A stretch of 64,000 nucleotides of DNA from positions 6,456-70,455 of the forward strand of contig JAUHXC010000043.1 of NCBI GenBank assembly GCA_030427205.1, written 5' to 3'. Positions 1 through 8,175 of this stretch are shown here, piece by piece (the first letter of the stretch is position 1; the number at the start of each line of letters is the position of its first letter). The notes beneath the pieces are model-generated. The model searched no databases and had not been told where the DNA came from. It saw only the letters and a list, made by a program, of their open reading frames with translations. Source of the DNA: a bacterium (GTDB lineage: Bacteria > Myxococcota_A > Bradymonadia > UBA7976 > UBA1532). The translations under genes and the position numbers were made by a program.

Positions 1-1
1 G

Positions 2-1075
2 CTCGACTTCGTCACGCCGTGCATCGTCTGCGCGGCAACCTGCCTGGGGACGTACGCCTTCCGGGCTTCTGCCGTTCACGTCGAAGGCCATCGCGATGCG
101 CTCGACGAGCGAATCGAGACGGTGCTGTCCATCGCGATGCACGACGATGGATGCGGCTACGCGCAGCTATACGCCCCGGAGGACCGAATGCACTGGCAGC
201 GAATTGCCCTTGATGGTGAGCAGCGCGAGAAGGCGATCGCGCTCTACGAGCAGCGCTTCGAGCGGGTCGAGATCGACGGATGGACAGCCTTCGTCGCGCG
301 GGACGACGGCTCGGCACTCGATCAGGGGTTCATCCTCGACGCCCTCGACCCCCGGCGGCCAGTTCCGGCCGCGCTGACGTGGCTCGCGACAGACGCCGAG
401 CGTCTTCTGTTCGATCGTGACTGGTTCATCGTGGGTGAAGCCGAGATGCGGGTATTGGGCGCCGATGTCTCGATCGACGGGCCGGATCCGGCCGGTGTGC
501 ACTGGACGATCCTGTGGCCCGGGGCCGGATCGCACATCGAGGCCCAGCGGCGCCTCGCCGAGGACCTCAACGGATGCATCGAACGGCGCCTGGTCCAGCA
601 GCAGTGGCCGACCATACCGCTCAACCCCGTCGCCTCTGCGCCAGATCAGAACCTCGATGACTACCTCGCTCGCTGGGGTGTGCCGCACTTCGAGGACTAC
701 GACTTCCGTCGCGTGCCATCGCCTGTCTTCATCTGGTTCCACCGCCTGGCCGACACGACCCGCGTCTGGGCAGGGTTCGATCGGGAGCTGCGCTCGGCGT
801 GGATCCATGCCGACCCCGGCGACCCCGCCCGGATCCTTCGAATGCTCGACCTGCCTTGTCCGCCCTGGCGGGTTCACGACGAGCCTCCGATCGTCGATGG
901 GCAGCGAGAGAGCACCGGCTCATGGGCAGTCATGCGCCAGGACGACGCGGGCAATGTCCTCGTGGTCAGCGAGGGGCTGCCCGAGGCCGTCGCCCGGCGT
1001 TGGGTCGAGGTCTACGACGCCCGTGGCCACAAGCAGACCTACTGGGCCAAAGAGCGCCCGTCATCGAAGTTCTGA
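2..1075 (+). CDS. hypothetical protein, probably 5'-truncated by the window edge
   Basis: Track ORF 122..1075. The same frame stays open with G/C-rich third positions back to nt 2, so the gene may begin upstream of the window (alternatives: GTG 122 or ATG 137). No family recognised. The C-terminal ~45 aa (WAVMRQDDAGNVLVVSEGLPEAVARRWVEVYDARGHKQTYW) looks like a small autonomous domain. Confidence 0.5.
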   Translation, partial: LDFVTPCIVCAATCLGTYAFRASAVHVEGHRDALDERIETVLSIAMHDDGCGYAQLYAPEDRMHWQRIALDGEQREKAIALYEQRFERVEIDGWTAFVARDDGSALDQGFILDALDPRRPVPAALTWLATDAERLLFDRDWFIVGEAEMRVLGADVSIDGPDPAGVHWTILWPGAGSHIEAQRRLAEDLNGCIERRLVQQQWPTIPLNPVASAPDQNLDDYLARWGVPHFEDYDFRRVPSPVFIWFHRLADTTRVWAGFDRELRSAWIHADPGDPARILRMLDLPCPPWRVHDEPPIVDGQRESTGSWAVMRQDDAGNVLVVSEGLPEAVARRWVEVYDARGHKQTYWAKERPSSKF

Positions 1076-1467
1076 TGGGCATCACAGCCAAGGCTCGGCG
1101 CAAGCTGCTCGAACTCGCACGCCGTTGGCGCGTACCGCTCTCCGGTGACGAGCATCGCTTCCTGCACAGCTCACCCGAGGCGCACTTCGACGTCCTCGCT
1201 GGCGCCCTGGACGACGGCGCGCTGGTCAGGGAGCGTGAAGTCGTCGGAGCCCTCGGCCTGCTGTTCGCGCTGCGCTACGTCGCCCCGCAACGGTACGTCT
1301 CGCACCTGATGCGTCGTGGCATGGATGAGGTGCCGAGTGTCCGCCAACACTGCCACTCCTTCTTGGTGACCGTGCTATGGCTACGGCTGCTGGTGAGGCG
1401 CGGCGGGCGCGGCGGGCGCGGCGATCAGGCGGGTCGAATCCCGCGGGTGCCGCAGCCGGGGCATTGA
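1075..1467 (+). CDS. hypothetical protein (130 aa)
   Basis: ATG 1075 shares one base with the TGA of the upstream gene (TGATG) and lies in the frame of track ORF 799..1467. Third positions are G/C-biased and no domain is recognised. The Arg/Gly-rich tail overlaps the convergent small ORF 1425..1583, so the 3' end is uncertain. Confidence 0.4.
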   Translation: MGITAKARRKLLELARRWRVPLSGDEHRFLHSSPEAHFDVLAGALDDGALVREREVVGALGLLFALRYVAPQRYVSHLMRRGMDEVPSVRQHCHSFLVTVLWLRLLVRRGGRGGRGDQAGRIPRVPQPGH

Positions 1468-1583
1468 CCGCCCGCTTGCTGCGCGCGGGTGGTGCAGCGG
1501 GCGCACAGCTGCAGGTTGCACATGCGGCACTTGGTCACATAGCGCGTACTCTTGCGGCATCCGCCGCACAAGCCACTGGCCAT
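1425..1583 (-). CDS. small zinc-ribbon-like protein (52 aa, four CxxC pairs)
   Basis: Internal ATG (1583) of track ORF 1425..1805 gives MASGLCGGCRKSTRYVTKCRMCNLQLCARCTTRAQQAGGQCPGCGTRGIRPA. CxxC pairs lie at residues 6-9, 19-22, 27-30 and 41-44. GC3 is high, and the ORF lies ~76 nt downstream of the thioesterase gene on the same strand. Confidence 0.4.
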   Translation of the reverse strand: MASGLCGGCRKSTRYVTKCRMCNLQLCARCTTRAQQAGGQCPGCGTRGIRPA

Positions 1584-1659
1584 GGCGTCGATCTCCGTTG
1601 TCGATTCGAGCCTCAGTGTCGCCGACGGATGCCAGCGAGGCAAGCGCGCTGCGGGTGAG

Positions 1660-2091
1660 TCAGCCGGGAGCGCGCGGGACGTAGGCCATGGTGCCCAACA
1701 GCCGGGCGGTGGGCCGCTCGGCGTCGCCGGTGTGCACGTTGGCCTCGACGATGCTGAAGCGCCGCCCCGGTTTGACCACCCGCGCCGCGCAGTACAGTCG
1801 TTCACCGACGGCGGGGCGCAGCAGGTGCAGCTTGAACTCGACGCTGACGACGCCCTCGTCGGCGCCCATCAAGCTGCCGGCCGCGGCGCCTGCGCAGTGG
1901 TCGGCCAGGGTGGCCTGGACGCCTGCGTGCACCGTGCCCGCCTGCTGGCCGTGCTCCGGTCGGATGGCGAGCGAAGCCCTGATCTCGCCGGGCGCCATGT
2001 GCTCGGGGCGGATGCCGAGGTGGCGGACGAAAGCGGCGGTGGCGAAGTCGCGCTCGACGGCGGACTTCCAGTCGGGGTTGCGGGGGGTCAT
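1660..2091 (-). CDS. PaaI-family hotdog-fold acyl-CoA thioesterase
   Basis: Track ORF 1660..2181, with the start moved to ATG 2091 (MTPRNPDW...) preceded by AAGGAG. The core ...APGEIRASLAIRPEHGQQAGTVHAGVQATLADHCAGAAAG...GRRFSIVEANV fits the PaaI/4HBT hotdog pattern. Confidence 0.8.
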   Translation of the reverse strand: MTPRNPDWKSAVERDFATAAFVRHLGIRPEHMAPGEIRASLAIRPEHGQQAGTVHAGVQATLADHCAGAAAGSLMGADEGVVSVEFKLHLLRPAVGERLYCAARVVKPGRRFSIVEANVHTGDAERPTARLLGTMAYVPRAPG

Positions 2092-2249
2092 GGGAGCTCC
2101 TTGCGAGGGGCGCGGTGCCGGGGCGGCCATCGGGACGGCGCAGCATAGAGCACATGGCCGGCCCATGGCAGCGCGCGACATGCGCCCACGGCAGGCCGCA
2201 GCAGCTCACGCGGCGTGATCGGTGACGGTGGCCGTGCTATCGCTGGCCC

Positions 2250-3002
2250 ATGTCGTCGAAGACCCCCGTCGTGGCGTTGCACGGGTTCACCGGGACCGGC
2301 GGTGACTTCGGGCCCGTGGGCGACGGCTGGCAGACCCCCGACATCATCGGCCACGGCCGCGCGCCGGCGCCCCGCGATGTCGCGGCGTATGCGATGGGCC
2401 GGGAGGTGATCCGCATCGGCGCCGAGCTGCCCGCTGGCGCGCTCGTCATCGGCTATTCGATGGGCGGGCGGCTCGCTTTGTCGCTCGCTGTCGAACAGTC
2501 CGCTCGCGGGCGCCCACCTGCGGGCCTGGTCCTCATCGGCGCCACGCCGGGGATCGCCGAGCCCGACGAGCGCACTCGGCGGGCGCAATCCGACCGCGCC
2601 CTGGCCGATCGCATCGAGGCGATCGGGGTCACGCGCTTCCTCGCCGAGTGGGCCGAGAAGCCGATCATCGCGTCGCAGCGGCGGATCGCGCGGGACGTGC
2701 GGGCGGCGATGGGCGCGCGTCGGCGTGCGCATCGCCCGTGGGGGCTGGCCAACAGCCTGCGCGGGATGGGCACCGGCGCGATGCCTCCGCTCTGGGACGC
2801 GCTGCCGACGCTCGGGTGCCCGGTGTTGCTCGTCACGGGCGCGGACGATCGCAAGTTCACCGCGATCGCGGCGCACATGGCGCAGCGTCTGCCCGACGCA
2901 CGGACCGCGGTGATGCAGGGGGTCGGCCATTGCGCCCACCTGGAGGCGCCGGCTCGCTTCCGCGCCCTGCTCGCCGAGTGGCGCTCGCAGCGCGGGGTTT
3001 AG
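2250..3002 (+). CDS. menH: 2-succinyl-6-hydroxy-2,4-cyclohexadiene-1-carboxylate synthase (MenH, alpha/beta hydrolase)
   Basis: 250 aa. HGFTG oxyanion region, nucleophile elbow GYSMGG, and the MenH-typical block GATPGIAEPDERTRRAQSDRALADRI...FLAEWAEKPIIASQ. C-terminal GADDRKF...GHCAHLE. Colinear by eye with E. coli MenH. Confidence 0.7.
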   Translation: MSSKTPVVALHGFTGTGGDFGPVGDGWQTPDIIGHGRAPAPRDVAAYAMGREVIRIGAELPAGALVIGYSMGGRLALSLAVEQSARGRPPAGLVLIGATPGIAEPDERTRRAQSDRALADRIEAIGVTRFLAEWAEKPIIASQRRIARDVRAAMGARRRAHRPWGLANSLRGMGTGAMPPLWDALPTLGCPVLLVTGADDRKFTAIAAHMAQRLPDARTAVMQGVGHCAHLEAPARFRALLAEWRSQRGV

Positions 3003-3166
3003 CGCTTACAGCAGGCGAACACTGAAACTGACCGTGCTCGCTGGCCCGATTCGCCGATTGCTGCGTTGCTCGACTTGCCGTTGCCCCCAGCAGCGTCTGC
3101 GTCTCGCGCCTTGCACTCGCCGAATCGGTCTGCGCGATCCCTGGTCAGTTCCAATGTCCGCCCGCT

Positions 3167-3268
3167 CTAGCGGCGGCGGGGGCGGCGCCAGCCGATCAGC
3201 GCGCCGAGCATCAAGAGCCCGCCGAGCGGTGCGCCGGGCGTGCTGTCGCCGGCGTCGCAGGCGCAGCC
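3167..3268 (-). other. MYXO-CTERM-type C-terminal sorting signal
   Basis: The last 33 aa, GCACDAGDSTPGAPLGGLLMLGALIGWRRPRRR, show a Gly-Cys motif, a hydrophobic helix and a basic tail. This is the layout of the Myxococcota-specific MYXO-CTERM tag. Confidence 0.75.
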
Positions 3269-5845
3269 CACGCCGGGTCGACCGCGCCCGGCGCCGCTGC
3301 CCTCCTCGTCGCTGCCGCCGTCCCGGTCCACGCCGCCGTCGGGACCGACCACCACCACGCACGGGTCGCGGCCGAGTCGAGGGTCGGTATCGTCGCAGTC
3401 GTCTTCGGCGCAGACGCCGTCGCCGTCGGCGTCCTCGCAGGGGCAGCCGTTGGCCCCCGGTCCGCCCACCGCGGCGTCGGCGTCGTCGCAGTCATCACCG
3501 GCGCAGATGCCGTCGCCGTCGGCGTCTTCGCAGCCCTCGCAGCCTTCGTCGGCGATGTCGTCGCAGTCCTCGTCGATGTCGTTGCCGCAGCGCTCCGCGG
3601 CGCCGGGGAAGCGCTCGGGGTCGCCGTCGTCGCAGTCGCGCTCGGTGCACACCGCGTCGCCGTCGGCGTCGACGCACATCGGGCACTGCTCGTCGACGGC
3701 GCCGTCGCAGTCCTGGTCGGCGCCGTCGCCGCAGATCTCGTCGGCGCCGGGCCGGCGGCTGGGGTCATCGTCGGCGCAGTCGTCTTCGTCGCACGACCCG
3801 TCGCCGTCGCTGTCGGTGCAGGCGCAGCCTTCGTCGGCGGCGCCGTCGCAGTCCTGGTCGATGCCGTCGTCGCAGATCTCGTCGACGCCCGGGCGACGCG
3901 TCGGGTCACCGTCGTCGCAGTCGCGGTCGGCGCACGAGCCATCGCCATCGGCGTCCTCGCAGGCGCAGCCCTCGTCGACCTCGCCGTCGCAGTCCTGGTC
4001 GACGTCGTCGTCGCACAGCTCGCGGGCCCCGGGCCGGGCTTCGGCGTCGCGATCGTCGCAGTCCTCGGGGGCGCAGACGCCGTCGCCGTCGCGGTCGTCG
4101 CACATCTCGCAGCCTTCGTCGTTGCGGTCGTCGCAGTCCTGATCGATGAAGTCGCCGCAGATCTCGTCGGCGCCGGGGAACGACTGCGCGTCGCCATCGT
4201 CGCAGTCGTCGGCCGCGCAGGCGCCGTCGCCGTCGCCGTCCTGGCAGCCGAGGCAGACCCCGAAGGCCTCGCCGGTCTGCTCGAAGAGCACGCAGTTGCC
4301 GTCGGGGCAGTCGCCGCCGTCCTGACAGACCGGGGTGCACACCGGCTCGGCGTCCGCGCCGACGCAGTAGGTGCCGTCCTCGCACGACAGCACCTCGGGA
4401 TCACAGGCGCGGCCCTCGCGCACGCCGTCGGTCTCGACGCAGTAGGTGCCGCCCCAGGCGCCGGGCAGGCAGGCGGTATCGCCGGCGCAGTTGCCGCCGG
4501 TGACCCGGCACCCGTCCGAGGGCACGCAGGCCAGCCACTCCGCGCTGCAGTTGTCGCGCATGCACAGGTTGTAGTTGTCGTCCTGCGGGCAGCCCTGGGC
4601 ACACTCGGCGAGGGTGTTGTAGGCCACCTGGCCGCCGCCGCTCGTATCGTCGAAGCAGGCCAGACCGCAGGCCTGATCCTCGCACTCGCCGAGGCAGTCG
4701 AGCAGGCCCTCGCAGTCGAGCAGATCGGGCGGCGGATCGACCGGCGCGTTCTCTTCGCAGGCGGCGACCTCTTCGGGGCACTCGCGCTCGATGCAGGCGT
4801 TGAAGTCGGCCGCCCGGGCGCAGGCCTGCTCGCCGCAGGCGATGGCGTCGGCGTACAGGCGGGTGCCGTTGACCGAGCCTTCGAGCAGGCAGTCGGTCAC
4901 GCAGTCCGAGTCGCGGCAGTTGCCGAAGCACGCGCCGACCTCGAGGCAGCTGTCGCCGCACAGGCCGTTGTCGCAGATCCCGTCGGCGCCGCAGGCCGCG
5001 TCGCACAGGCAGCCCGACGCGTCGCGGCGGCAGTTCTCCGCCTCGCCCATCGTATCGCGGATCCAGCTCATGTAGGCGTCGACCCGGCTTTGCAGCGAAA
5101 TATCGAGGCAGATGACCTCGCCGCCGACGCTGCTGTTGACCCCGATGACCTGCCATTGCCCGCCGACCTGTACCAGCCCGGGGCCGCCCGAGTCGCCGAA
5201 GCAGACCCCGCTGCCATCGTGGATCGACGTGTACATCAGGTCGAAGACCGTATCGAGCTCGAGCAGGGTCGAGCGCTTCACCCCGCCGCCGGTCTGGCGG
5301 TTGCCGTCGTTGACCCCATAGCCCACGTAGAGCACGTCGTCGCCGACGAAGCGGGACGGGTCGCCGTCGAAGGCGGGGTAGGGCTCGGTGCCTTCGACCG
5401 GGTCGCGCAGCTCGATGAGCGCGATGTCGTAGAAGCCGACGAAGTCGTTTCCGGTGTAGCGCGGGTGCAGGTGGATGGCCCGGGCCTGGTGGAACTCGCC
5501 GGCCGGCCGGTTGCCGCGGCCCACCGGGCGGGCGTCGGTGCCCTGATAGAAGTAGATGATCTCGGGGACGACGTTGACCCCCTGCTCGCGGATGCCTTCG
5601 GTGCAGTGGGCCGCCGTCAGCACCCAGGTGGGTGTGATGAGCGTCGCGCTGCAGAAGGAGCCGAAGTACTGCCCCTGCAATTCGAAGGTCAGCGCGCCGA
5701 CGGCGGGGTGTCCCGCCTCGGCCTGGCCGCCGACGATGGCGGTGGCGCTGCGATCGATGGGCGCTGCGGTCGGCTCGGCAGGCTCGCTGCAGGCGAGGGC
5801 CAGCGCGAGCGGCGCGCAGAGGGCGGCGAGTGAGTAGCGATGCAT
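3167..5845 (-). CDS. secreted trypsin-like (S1) serine protease with MopE-type Cys/Asp repeats and MYXO-CTERM sorting tag
   Basis: 892 aa. Signal peptide MHRYSLAALCAPLALALACS. S1 triad contexts LTAAHC, YDIALIEL and GDSGGP. A Cys-rich linker is followed by about seven DGDG-x-C-x3-DCDD...PGA-x-E-x-C-x-D-x-D-x-DCDG repeats and a C-terminal tag. RBS GGGGAG upstream of ATG 5845. Confidence 0.9.
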   Translation of the reverse strand: MHRYSLAALCAPLALALACSEPAEPTAAPIDRSATAIVGGQAEAGHPAVGALTFELQGQYFGSFCSATLITPTWVLTAAHCTEGIREQGVNVVPEIIYFYQGTDARPVGRGNRPAGEFHQARAIHLHPRYTGNDFVGFYDIALIELRDPVEGTEPYPAFDGDPSRFVGDDVLYVGYGVNDGNRQTGGGVKRSTLLELDTVFDLMYTSIHDGSGVCFGDSGGPGLVQVGGQWQVIGVNSSVGGEVICLDISLQSRVDAYMSWIRDTMGEAENCRRDASGCLCDAACGADGICDNGLCGDSCLEVGACFGNCRDSDCVTDCLLEGSVNGTRLYADAIACGEQACARAADFNACIERECPEEVAACEENAPVDPPPDLLDCEGLLDCLGECEDQACGLACFDDTSGGGQVAYNTLAECAQGCPQDDNYNLCMRDNCSAEWLACVPSDGCRVTGGNCAGDTACLPGAWGGTYCVETDGVREGRACDPEVLSCEDGTYCVGADAEPVCTPVCQDGGDCPDGNCVLFEQTGEAFGVCLGCQDGDGDGACAADDCDDGDAQSFPGADEICGDFIDQDCDDRNDEGCEMCDDRDGDGVCAPEDCDDRDAEARPGARELCDDDVDQDCDGEVDEGCACEDADGDGSCADRDCDDGDPTRRPGVDEICDDGIDQDCDGAADEGCACTDSDGDGSCDEDDCADDDPSRRPGADEICGDGADQDCDGAVDEQCPMCVDADGDAVCTERDCDDGDPERFPGAAERCGNDIDEDCDDIADEGCEGCEDADGDGICAGDDCDDADAAVGGPGANGCPCEDADGDGVCAEDDCDDTDPRLGRDPCVVVVGPDGGVDRDGGSDEEGSGAGRGRPGVGCACDAGDSTPGAPLGGLLMLGALIGWRRPRRR
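3355..4250 (-). repeat. array of MopE-type putative metal-binding repeats (coding, ~45 aa period)
   Basis: Tandem protein repeats such as CEDADGDGSCADRDCDDGDPTRRPGVDEICDDGIDQDCDGAADEGC are visible in the translation. At the DNA level they are recurring gtcgtcgcagtc/gccgtcgccgtc blocks. Confidence 0.7.
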
Positions 5846-5968
5846 GGCGGCTCCCCGGGGTTGAGGCGCGCCGTGTGTATCACATTGTCGATGGTCGGGT
5901 CAGCGGGGGTATACCGGGTGTCGTGGGCCGGCTGGTCGACCCGGTGCGCCGTGTAGCGCCGCCGGGCT

Positions 5969-6667
5969 TCAGGCGCCGGGCTTGGGCACCGTGAGCACGT
6001 AGCCCCGGCCGCGTACCGAGCGCAGGAAACGGCCCGCGTCGTCGCCGAGCTTGCTGCGCAGCCGCGACACCCGCAGGTCCATCGAGCGGTCGTGCCCGTC
6101 GTAGGGGATGCCGCGCAAGGTGGGGTAGAGGAAGTCGCGATCGAGCACCTCGCCGGCGTGCTTGGCGAAGAGCAGCAGCAGATCGAACTCCGCCGACGAC
6201 AGGTCGATGGCCTCGCCGTCGATGCGCACCTCGCGCAGGTCTTCGTCGATGCGGATGGGCCCGGCTTCGAGGATCTCGGAGTTGCCCGGCGCGAGCCGGC
6301 GGGTGCGCCGCAGCAGGCTCGTGATGCGCGCGACGAGCAGCCGCTCGACGACCGGCTTGGAGATGTAGTCGTCGGCACCCGAGCCGAGCCCCGCGATCTG
6401 ATCTTCGTCGTCGTCGAGCCCGGTGAGCATGATCACGGGCACGTCGGAGAAGGTGCGGACCGCCTTGCAGGCCTCGATACCGGTCATGACGGGCAGCATC
6501 AGGTCGAGCAGCACCAGATCGGGGCTCGTGGTGCGCACGGCGTCGACCACCTGATCGCCCCGCTCGACGTGCTCGATGCGAAAGTCGTGCTTCTCGAGGG
6601 CCCGGCGTGTCAGGCGAGCGTCGTAGGCGTCGTCCTCGACGAGCAGGATCAGCGGTGCGTCGTCCAT
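5969..6667 (-). CDS. OmpR-family response regulator (orphan)
   Basis: Track ORF 5969..6715, with the start set at MDDAPLILLVEDD (ATG 6667). Receiver motifs LLVEDD, DLVLLDLMLP and SKP. The winged-helix output has ...LSSAEFDLLLLFAKHAGEVLDRDFL...RSMDLRVSRLRSKL...RGRGYVL. Confidence 0.9.
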   Translation of the reverse strand: MDDAPLILLVEDDAYDARLTRRALEKHDFRIEHVERGDQVVDAVRTTSPDLVLLDLMLPVMTGIEACKAVRTFSDVPVIMLTGLDDDEDQIAGLGSGADDYISKPVVERLLVARITSLLRRTRRLAPGNSEILEAGPIRIDEDLREVRIDGEAIDLSSAEFDLLLLFAKHAGEVLDRDFLYPTLRGIPYDGHDRSMDLRVSRLRSKLGDDAGRFLRSVRGRGYVLTVPKPGA

Positions 6668-6796
6668 ACGAGGTCCCTTTCGGTCTACGGCCGACATCAA
6701 AATCGGCTTGAGCAAACCATCATCGGCCCCCGGGGAGCAAGTGCCGCGTATTCGGCGCTCTCCGGATACGGTGCCGGTCGCTGCTCGACCAGCGGC

Positions 6797-7072
6797 TCAG
6801 TCCCCGGCGTCCTCGGCTCCTGCGTCGTCATCGCCATGGGCGGCGTCGGCGCATCCGCCGTCGAAGCCAGCATCCAGCGGGCACGCGGCGTCCATCGTCG
6901 AGTCGGCCCGGGCCGCGTCGGGGCGGATCACGGTCTCGTCGAACTCCGGCGCCACGTCCCGAGCCGGCGGCTCGCCATCCGTCGCCCGCAGCGGCGTGAT
7001 GGTGTCCGGGGTGCAGCCCACCAGCAAAAGCGCCAGCGGTGCGGTCACCTGTACCAGACTGTATCGCGTCAC
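6797..7072 (-). CDS. small lipoprotein (91 aa), acidic C-terminus
   Basis: GTG 7072 overlaps the TGA of the upstream gene (GTGA). The product MTRYSLVQVTAPLALLLVGC has a lipobox. GC3 is high through to the stop at 6797. It lies within track ORF 6797..7330. Confidence 0.6.
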   Translation of the reverse strand: MTRYSLVQVTAPLALLLVGCTPDTITPLRATDGEPPARDVAPEFDETVIRPDAARADSTMDAACPLDAGFDGGCADAAHGDDDAGAEDAGD

Positions 7073-8175
7073 AACAGGACGATGACGCCGAGGTCGAGGG
7101 TTTGCATCGTCGGATCGAGGTCCTCGAAGATCGGGGTCAACCAGCGCTGGAACCGCAGCGCGACCCGCACGTCGAGGCCGTCGGCATAGATCGCCCGCTC
7201 GAGCCCGACCCGGGCGACGCCGCCCAGCGGGGTCATGATCTCGGCCAGCTCGGTCGTCCGATCGTCGCGGGCTTCTTCGCCGAAGAGCAATACGTCGAGG
7301 CCACCGCCGACGGTGAGCGCCAACGACCACGGCAGCTCGACCCGCAGATCGAGCGGCACCAGCAAGCTGCCGCGGACCCAGGCCCCCGACAGATCGAGCG
7401 CGCTGTCGTCGAAGGCGAGGTGCGCGTGATCGAAGCCGACACCCAGGCGCACGCGGAAGCCGTCGAACACGGCGACTTCACCGAGGACTTCGACGCTGAG
7501 ATGGGCGCCGGCGCCGGGCTCGATCCCGTCGGGCACCGGGCCGCTGGTCAGGCCGGCCCCGCCGCTGAGGGCGATACCGCCCCAGAGCCATGGCGCGTCG
7601 GGCGGCGGCGGGGCGGGCACCACGGTGACCGCGTCTCCGGCCACGACCTCTGCCTCGCCGACCAGCGGGCCCTCGAGGCCGTCGACCGCCACGCTGTAGG
7701 CCCCGGCGCGCACGTCATCGAACGTCGCCGGGCACGGCTGGGGCTCGATGGCCGCCTGACCCTCGATCCGCGCGGTGCCGCCCTCGGGGCACTCGACCGC
7801 CAGCGCCCCGTAGGCCCGGGCCTTGACCGTGGCGATCCACTCGGCGGCCAGCGCCTTCTCCTGCTCGTCGCGGGCCAGGACCTCGAAGCGCGCCAGCGCC
7901 GCCCGGGCGTCCTCCGGTCGATCGAGCTCGATCAGGCAGCGGGCCATCATGAAGCGCAGCAGCGGAAACTGCGCCTCGCCGTCGGCGCCGAGCTCGGCGG
8001 CGGCCTCTTCGAGCACCTGCAGCGCGTCGGCGTGCAGCCCCGACTTCTGCAGGCGGGTCGCGGTGTCGAGCCGGGCCTGTATCCGCTCGACGTCGGTCTC
8101 CGCGGCGATGCCCTGAGCCGGGGCTGCCAGCGCCAGCAGCGCCGCCGACGCCAGCAACCGATAGGGGTCGATCAT
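7069..8175 (-). CDS. secreted TPR-like / beta-rich protein
   Basis: 368 aa. Signal peptide MIDPYRLLASAALLALAAPAQG. A helical-repeat N-half is followed by a PEGA-like segment (AGAYSVAVDGLEGPLVGEAEVVAGDAVTVV) and a Gly/aromatic-poor beta-strand-like C-half. The ATG overlaps the kinase stop (ATGA). Confidence 0.8.
   Translation of the reverse strand: MIDPYRLLASAALLALAAPAQGIAAETDVERIQARLDTATRLQKSGLHADALQVLEEAAAELGADGEAQFPLLRFMMARCLIELDRPEDARAALARFEVLARDEQEKALAAEWIATVKARAYGALAVECPEGGTARIEGQAAIEPQPCPATFDDVRAGAYSVAVDGLEGPLVGEAEVVAGDAVTVVPAPPPPDAPWLWGGIALSGGAGLTSGPVPDGIEPGAGAHLSVEVLGEVAVFDGFRVRLGVGFDHAHLAFDDSALDLSGAWVRGSLLVPLDLRVELPWSLALTVGGGLDVLLFGEEARDDRTTELAEIMTPLGGVARVGLERAIYADGLDVRVALRFQRWLTPIFEDLDPTMQTLDLGVIVLL

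Noticed and set aside
1429-1444. tRNA T-arm-like sequence GCGGGTCGAATCCCGC
   Set aside because: The loop is 6 nt, not the canonical 7-nt TPsiC loop. No complementary acceptor stem (the reverse complement of the following GGGTGCC) is found ~65 nt upstream. It lies inside overlapping coding frames. I judged it a chance resemblance.
3355-4250. Regular ~135-bp periodic DNA repeats (also at 38490..38920 and 49000..50640), considered as possible CRISPR-like arrays
   Set aside because: The periodicity is the coding repeat of MopE-type protein modules, in frame and without unique spacers or a leader. No cas genes are present.
3034-4602. Arg/Pro/Thr-rich ORFs 3034..4149(+), 3240..4142(+), 3211..4602(-) and 3906..4385(-) overlapping the protease gene
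   Set aside because: These are off-frame or antisense readings of the Asp/Cys repeat region. Their composition is extreme (poly-Arg, poly-Thr/Ala/Pro) with no start context. The protease frame explains the region.
5908-5915. GGTATACC palindrome ~60 bp upstream of the protease start, with a second copy at 45629..45636 ~60 bp upstream of the pentapeptide gene; a possible shared -10-like element
   Set aside because: There are only two copies, and an 8-mer of this composition is expected about 0.5 times by chance in the window. That is too little evidence to call a promoter motif.
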